Source: the human T2T-CHM13v2.0 reference genome, Homo sapiens | DNA: 64,000 bases | Assembly (NCBI RefSeq): GCF_009914755.1 | Contig: NC_060927.1 | Direction: 5' to 3' (one strand) | Part shown: in pieces, positions 55,251-64,000 of the stretch | Position numbering within the stretch: position 1 is the stretch's first letter | Layout: each line of letters begins with the position of its first letter | Notes under the pieces: generated by a model | The model's database searches: none | Told to the model about the DNA's origin: nothing | The model's input: only the letters and a program-made list of their open reading frames with translations | Program-made: the position numbers and the translations under genes

Positions 55251-55601
55251 TAAATCTGTAGTTTTTAAGTCCAAAAAATGTATATTTTTGAGAGAGTTTA
55301 AAAAGCAAAATGCTGGCATACTATTTCTGCTTATTTTGATTCAGTGATATTTTGTACAAATTTTTTCTCTGGATCAATATCAAGCCATTTATAAGGAACT
55401 CATGCAATTTTGACTGTAAATATCCACAGGGACAAATAGTGAGAAAAATAATTAAAATTGTAAACTATAAGTGTGTTATTAATCAATGAATTTAACAAAT
55501 GATTGAAACTATAACCATGGTGAACTGTTGATGATATTACCTGAGGACTGCCAGATTTTCATACAAAATACTGATTGACTGAAATACTTTACTTTTCTAG
55601 T

Positions 55602-56434
55602 AAGCTAATCAATTTGTACTCTTTTAATCTGGTTCTTGGCTTTCAAACAAACAGATATTTACTTGTTACCTATATTTGCACTGCACTCTGGGATCAGAGT
55701 AAAATTACGGAACACTGGCATTCTCAAAACTTCACCAGTGCAATGGAAATACTGGATGGGTATTTAATGTAAACAATTTTTGTCTGAAGTTATCTTTGTT
55801 TTAAAACAGAGAGTATGTATTTAAATTATAACATCGATGCAACTTTTACTCAGTGTTGAATTTTACTGAAAAGATATTAGTGTTATAGGATTTGAAATGA
55901 AAAATTATCTGAATCTATTTATAAGGTATTCTTGTGGATATTAACTTGGAAGCTCAGGTTTTTTTTCTGTTTCTTAGAGTTGGGACAGAATTTGTGGGTG
56001 CTAAGGTGAATGTTATTAGAGAGACAATGCTATGACTTCACAAAGGCCAGCCGTCTCTGGGGATCAAGAGATCCACGATGACAGTCACCCCCCTCTACCC
56101 CACCAAGGCCTCTAAAGAGGATAATCATGCTTGTACAATTTTCCAGGGATCCCGCCAGCACTATATCTATTTATGTTCAGAGCTTCAGAGGGAAGAGCAT
56201 AGTACTTATTCTGACAACAGGAAGATTCAAGCTGAATCTCTCCAACCCTTTTAAATCTGGTTTTTGGCTTTCAACCAAACAAGTATTAACTTGTTACTTA
56301 CATTTACACAGCACTTTAGGATCCAAGATTAAAATTATAGAACAATGGAATTCTCAGAACTTCACCAGCCGAAATGAAATACTGGGTGGCTATTTAAAGT
56401 AAATCATTTTTTGTAAAGTTATATTTGCTTTGAA
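55602..56434. repeat. Diverged ~200-bp direct repeat (55602-55803 and 56229-56434)
   Basis: Colinear shared blocks AATCTGGTTyTTGGCTTTCAA, ACTTGTTAC, AAAATTA, ATTCTCArAACTTCACCAG, GAAATACTGG, TATTTAA, AAGTTAT. Confidence 0.9.
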
Positions 56435-57674
56435 TTAAATGCCTTGTTCACTTGTTTCCCTTTGGAGACACATGCATATATTTAGTTAGCTGTGTACAAA
56501 GTTGTTTACCACAAAGTGTTAGTTCTACACCAGATTTATTATTTAACTTCAGATTGCATTTTATTTAAGATAGAGGAATTTTAATTTATTCATTGAAAAT
56601 AGATCAAATTAGAATTTTTTTCTATATGCTTACTTTGGTTTCAAATTCCTTAAATATTTTTTAATTACACTATGAGATGGTTTGTGAGCAAATTCGCCAT
56701 CAGTACTGCCTGCAGATAATGAGTTAATATACAAATGCAAAGTCCCACTGTTCTGGGATAGTGTGACATTTAATGCCAACCAAAATGTACTGGTGCTCTG
56801 ACCTTCAGGGTTCTTGCAGCATATGGGAAACTTGTAAATTTCAAGCACCATGTCTAACCTAATAAAGATGGATTCAAAGAAGAAAAGAAATAGAGAAGCT
56901 AGTCCATTTTCTTCTTCATATAAATTTTTCTATTTGTGTCAAATTTAACCAGAATTAGCAATAACATTTACTCTTGATTATCATTGAAAAACATTTTCAA
57001 GAATGGTAATTTAAAAAAAGAAAAAGAGAAATAAAAACAAGTTATATGTTTTCTCATACAGAAAAATAATTCACATCCTATACATTCATTAATTTAGCCT
57101 TGCCAACTACAACAGTGAAGTTGTTTTCTTTCCTGATTTCTATGTATATATAGAAATATATATCTATATATTTATATATAGATATTTATATATAGATATT
57201 TATCTATCTATATACACATCAAGAACACTTTAAACTTTTACTGTTGAAAGAGTATCAAATATGTGAGTTGCTAGATTTTAAGACATTGTATTCATGAATT
57301 GGTTTGTGCATGCATTTTGGGTCTTTAACTTGATTATAAAATCCTCATTGAAAAGCATTCACTTCTCTTATATGTTTATAATTCCAGCTCCTATCTCCCT
57401 GATTAGAGCATAAATGCCTCCTAACTGTCCCTATATGTAATTTTCCTTCCTTCGGTCTTCATCACAGTAGTCTCCCTTAAAGTGGAGCTCTGATCCCATT
57501 ACTTCCCTCTTCTTGGTGAAATAGGGAAGAATCATCACCTAATTTTGAGTACTGGTTAAAGTCCATGCCATTTTCCTACCAATAAACTATGAGCAAGGGC
57601 TCAATGAGGGTGACATCAGCCTAAGTGCACAGGATTCCCTAACAAGCTTGTCACCTGCCTAAAGTGACTGAGCA

Positions 57675-57985
57675 GGCTGGGCGCAGTGGCTCACACCTGT
57701 AATCCCAGCACTTTGGGAGGTCGAGGGGGGCAGATCACGAAGTCAGGAGTTTGAGACCAGTCTGGCCAACATAGTGAAACCCTGTCTCTACTAAAAATAA
57801 AAAATAAGAATAAAAATTAGCCAGGTATGGTGGTATGTGCCTGTAATCCCAGCTACTCGGGAGGCTTAGGCAGGAGAATCGCGTGAACCCAGAGACGGAG
57901 GTTGCAGTGAGCCAGGATCATGCCATTGCACTCCAGCCCGGGCAACAGTGCGAGATTCCATCTCAAAAAAACAACAACAAAAAAA
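57675..57985 (+). mobile_element. AluSg-like
   Basis: Full dimer; TSD AAAGkGACTGAG. Confidence 0.95.
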
Positions 57986-58924
57986 GGGACTGAGAAGAAA
58001 ATTAGTCACACAGAAGAAATTAGTTTTATAGGTATCTCAAGGAGCCTATATAAGTGATTTTGGATTCAAAGAACTTTACAGCAAGGTAACTTCGATTGTG
58101 TCTAGTTGTGTTAACCTCTACAATATATTATTAAAGCAAGCATTAGGCTTTTCCAAAGTTAAACGATTCTTGTCACTGAGTCTGCTGTGGCTATATAGCA
58201 CAGTTTGTGAGGGGACAGGGGAAAGTCTGCCAAAAACAAGAAAACAGAAGCAGCCATAGAGAATTAGGATCTTATTGCTCTAGATGAGCCTCCTGACACT
58301 CCACTCAAAAACTTAAATGTTCCTAGTTACCCAAAGAATAATGGTCAAATTTTTTCACTCACTTTAAAAGCATTATGTGTCTTTTACCCATTTTGCTGCA
58401 TGATGATGTAGTCAAAAGGAAGAATTCGTGTTCCTGATGTAGTCTCTAATATTCACTACCTCTGCATATTTAATTGTACGCTACATGTATGAACTTTGTT
58501 GTGTAGCACATTATATTTATTTGTAACTCTAGAACAGCTTTTCAGCCACAGTTCATAGAAAATTAAGGACCATTATTATTTTCATTTATCCCATGGAAGA
58601 TGCATTTCTAGGATCATTCCAGATGCTTAAGAGATCAATCAATTTATTAAATGTATGCCTAGTACAGAAAGGAATTCTCTCATGAAAACTCAGTTGCAAA
58701 GATCTGCTTTGAAACTAGATTAAATCCAACTTGAGCACCCATCTTCAAAAATCAAAGAGAAATCTAATATCGGCTACTTTGACCTATCTTTAGATCTATA
58801 CAAGGGACCTGTTTGGAGGCAATAGGGTTTACCAGATGTGGTCACTGCAGCTGCATTTTTCCTTCCAGTCATGCAATACTGCTATGAAAAAAATCTGACA
58901 CTGATGCTCCATCGGAAGTGGTTT

Positions 58925-59750
58925 TTGTTTTGGTTTGGTTTTTATCATACTAAGAACACAACATGAGATGTACTCAAATTTTTAAGTGTGCAATATTGTG
59001 TTGTTAACTATAGGAACAAAGTTATACAAATCTCTAGAACTTAACCATCTTGTATATCTGAAACTTCATACCAATTGAATAGCTATTTCGCATTTCCTTC
59101 TCCCTTCAGTCTCTAGCAGCCATCATTTGACTTTGTTTCAATGAATTTGACTATTTTAGATATCTCATATAAGTTGATCATGCAGTATTTGTCCTTTTGT
59201 GACAAATAACCCAATTTAAAAATAGGTAAAAAATTTGAATAGCCATTACTTCAAAAAATATTTATAAATGGCCAAGAGGCATATGAAAAGATGTTCAATG
59301 TGACTAATAATCAGAGAACCAAAAATCAAAACCACAGTGAGATGTTACTTCATACCTGTTAGCATAGTTGTTATAAACAAAAAAAGAAGTTCTGGCAAGG
59401 ATGTGGAGAAATGAAACACTTGTACACTGTTAATGGGATTGTAAAATGTAGCCATGATGAAAAGCAGTATGGAGATTCCTCAAAACATTAAACATAGAAC
59501 CATTACATAATCTAGCAACCCTATCTCTATGTAGATATCAAAAAAAATGAAATCAGAATCTCAAAGAAATGTTTGCACTTTTGTGTTAATTGCAGCATTA
59601 TTCACAAGGCCATGACATGGGAACAGACTTAATATCCATTGATGAGTGAATAGATGAAGATAATGTGGTAGCTACATACAATGAGATATTATTCAGACTT
59701 AAAAAGAAGAAAACCTTGCAGCTTGTTACAACACAGATAAACCTGGAAGA
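58925..59750 (-). mobile_element. L1MA-like 3' insertion with inversion (minus 58925-59202, plus 59203-59750)
   Basis: Minus 3' terminus then abrupt switch to plus-strand ORF2-end sequence CAAATAACCCAATTTAAAAATAGG. Confidence 0.8.
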
Positions 59751-60194
59751 AGTAGAATAAGTCACTGAAGTGGGTTTTATTTCCTGACTTTTCACCTTAG
59801 CCAGTGGGCTATGCTAGTTTATGTGCTTCTGCTTGTCATATTCAGCTATAAGTGACCTTTTTATATCTTAAAGGGTCATAAACCTTGCTGATTATTCACC
59901 AAAGGAACATCCGATTTATCTCTGTAAAGGTACTGCCATCTCCTTAGAAGTGCTCCATTCCATGAACCTGTGATGCACAAACAATCTGAAACCGTGTCCC
60001 TTTCATACTAAAGGAAAGTCAAGTTGCTTTTTCTCATTCATCAAAAAGCGTCATTTCCTTCCTCATCTACAACAACTTCGTGATTTTATTCCCTCCATGG
60101 TCCTGGACCCTGAAATCCATGAGAACTATTTAGAAACTATCTTTAGGTGGACTCACTAGGTATTCATGGTTTATCCCTTCTGGCTCTGAATCGT

Positions 60195-60241
60195 AAAAAA
60201 AAAGAAAAAAAAGAAAAGAAAAGAAAAGAAAAGAAAAAAAA
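60195..60241 (+). repeat. (GAAAA)n / A-rich tract
   Basis: Direct inspection. Confidence 0.9.
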
Positions 60242-61230
60242 GTTTACTCCCATTGTGGGGTATTAAAGATTTTCAATTTGAGTAAATGCATCCTAAGGGG
60301 TAGGCTCTCCATTTTATGCCTTATGTGGTTTTGCACACATCAAAAACGCCCAAACATTTTGTGTTGAACAAATACATAAGTAAGTGTAAAACATTCTCAA
60401 TGATATCTAAAATAGAGTTCAGAGCTGAACTATTCTTTTAATCCACCATTCTGACCCCAGAGATTTTGGGAATTACCACATTGAAAGCAGCTTGTTTTTC
60501 ACTTTAACTCAGAATGCTGCCTGATCTCTCTGATTCTGTCTTCATCAGCTAACACCAAACACACTGCTCACTGTTTTATCACTGTTTTCACTTCTCTCCT
60601 TATTTCTGAAGCTTAGTTCCATTTTGCATGCTATTATTTATGACAGTTTAGAAAGCTCTTCTGGTATCCAAGGTTTCCTTAGGTAAACATCTTTTCTGAT
60701 TTGACTAATTCTTGGGACCATTTCTGTCTGACTCATTTCTTAGGCAGTTGTATCCCCAGATTTATTCTAAACTTTGAAGTGTTAACACTCAATAATAGGG
60801 ACTCTGCTTATTCACCCCTGTATTTTCAGCATCCAGCTTAGTGCCTGACACAAGTATGTTTATTTTGCTTGCATTTAATAGTAACAAAACTTTCCCTCAT
60901 CTCCCAAGGCTATGATATGATTTTTTAGTTTTAACTACTTTTTATTTTTAAATAACTAATTCAACCTAATATTAAGATAAAGTAAATAATCTGAAAGATT
61001 TTCCTGATCCAAAGTACAGAAAATTTTCAATCTCTCTGTCAAGAGTGAGGCAACACTAAGATGTTGCACAGCAACAAATGAACACAAGTCCCCATCTCTT
61101 TCAAAGCAGCTCTGGTTCACAGAAATGCCTTCTGGCAGAGTTAACAGCAAATTGCATCTGCTGCCCATGTTGTGGTCTCGGTTATTTCACCTGATTGCCA
61201 TGAATACTGATCTACAATTTCTACTTATGG

Positions 61231-61597
61231 TGCATTAGTCAGCTTGGGCTGCCGTAACAAAACAATAGCATAAATGGGTTGGCTTAAACAACAAAAATGT
61301 ATTTTTTCACAGTTCTGGAGGCTTAGAAGTTCATGATCAATTGCTGGCTGATTCAGTCTCTGATGAAGTCCTTCTTACCCGCCTGCAGACTATCACCTTC
61401 TTGCTATGTCCTTACACAGCAAAAAGAGAGAGATCTCTTGTGCCTCTTTCTTTTTTTATAGGATCAAGGCTCCACTCTTATGACTTTATTTAAGCTTAAT
61501 AACCTTCTTAAAAGTCCTGTCTCCATTATAGACACCTGGGGTGTTAAGACTTGGATATATGAATTACAGAGGGACACAGTTCATTCAGTCCAAAGCA
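61231..61597 (-). mobile_element. MLT1A0-like solo LTR
   Basis: TGCATTAGTCAGCTTGGGCTGCCGTAACAA..GGCTTAAACAACA..CACAGTTCTGGAGGCT..CATTCAGTCCAAAGCA. Confidence 0.85.
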
Positions 61598-62554
61598 CTT
61601 GGTTACTTTTCTGACACATGCCTCACACAACTAATGAAACTTTTCAGTGAACCACCAGTTCTCAATATAAGCTGCTCTCAACAATCTTCCATTTTGAATA
61701 AAAAAGTTAACCTGAGGCTTTCTTCACTCATGTTTCTCTAGTTCCCAACATGGCATGACCAGACTTTGATTCTGCTAATTACTATGTTGAATTGGGCATG
61801 ACAGTTAAGGGAACATGCATAGTCTAACCATAGGGATTCCTATGTCTAAAGAGGTAGAATCACGCTGTGGAATATGGGTTGTATCCCAGCTCCGACCCTT
61901 TGCCAAACAAAAGTTAGAGAAACTAAACTATTTTGTTTCATCTCTTACTAAGGTGAGGGTGGGTGTGAGGGAGAAGATATGTTTATGATGTATATTTGAG
62001 TTTAGGAAAATGCTATATGTGCTGAGTGGAGCCAATTATTACAACTGTGATTTTGAGGCATACCTGATTTTGAGAAACTATCTTTAATGAGAGAGACAAC
62101 TAATACACAGAGAAAACAGGAGCATCTAAGAAATAAAGACATAGTTATGGTGTAGACATTGGGTATGGTAAAAGTTAAATTGGGAAGAAGATATATATAT
62201 AATCCATCAAATAGAAAACATCATTTCATGAGTTATCACAGGTTATTAAATTGCAGGAGGTGATTAGTTTATTTTGTTCCAAACCATGTCATGTAGAAAT
62301 CTGAAATTCTTCTTTTAGTGTTGACAACTTGGTTGGAGAAATTTTATGCTCCAGATTAATGACTTATGTATTAAAAAATAAAGTGTTCGAGAAGGTGCTA
62401 CTGCTGTTGATCCAAAGTAGTGAAATATATTTAACATGAGTTTAAATATACTTAACATAAGATTGTGAAATACATTATACATAGAAAGGAATACATATAA
62501 TTATACTAAAATTTAAGAAAAATAACAATAAAATGCCTGAAAAGGAGTTACATT

Positions 62555-64000
<1,446 letters not shown>

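Overview
AT-rich, repeat-dense primate (human-like) genomic DNA. I find no intact protein-coding gene, RNA gene or CRISPR array; all longer ORFs in the track come from Alu, L1, THE1, LTR12 or ERV sequence. Main contents: about 11 Alus, old L1M and L2 fragments, a 5' L1PA fragment (5'UTR plus most of ORF1), DNA transposons (Tigger3b-like, MER20, Charlie1/MER33) and several solo LTRs. There is a half provirus with a tRNA-Pro PBS (HUERS-P-like, ~11985-17545, minus) and a much older, heavily decayed ERV (gag-pol remnants, ~3640-10390, minus). The most interesting structures are rearrangements that can be read from the sequence: a THE1-in-THE1 insertion followed by an inversion (one TSD copy is now reverse-complemented), a two-piece templated inverted insertion at ~43140-43355, an inverted L1 with a probable 3' transduction, and an old ~200 bp duplicated unique unit with TATA-like and splice-donor motifs. 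Repeat subfamily names come from remembered consensus sequences and need RepeatMasker/Dfam confirmation. I see no firm evidence for a new biological system.
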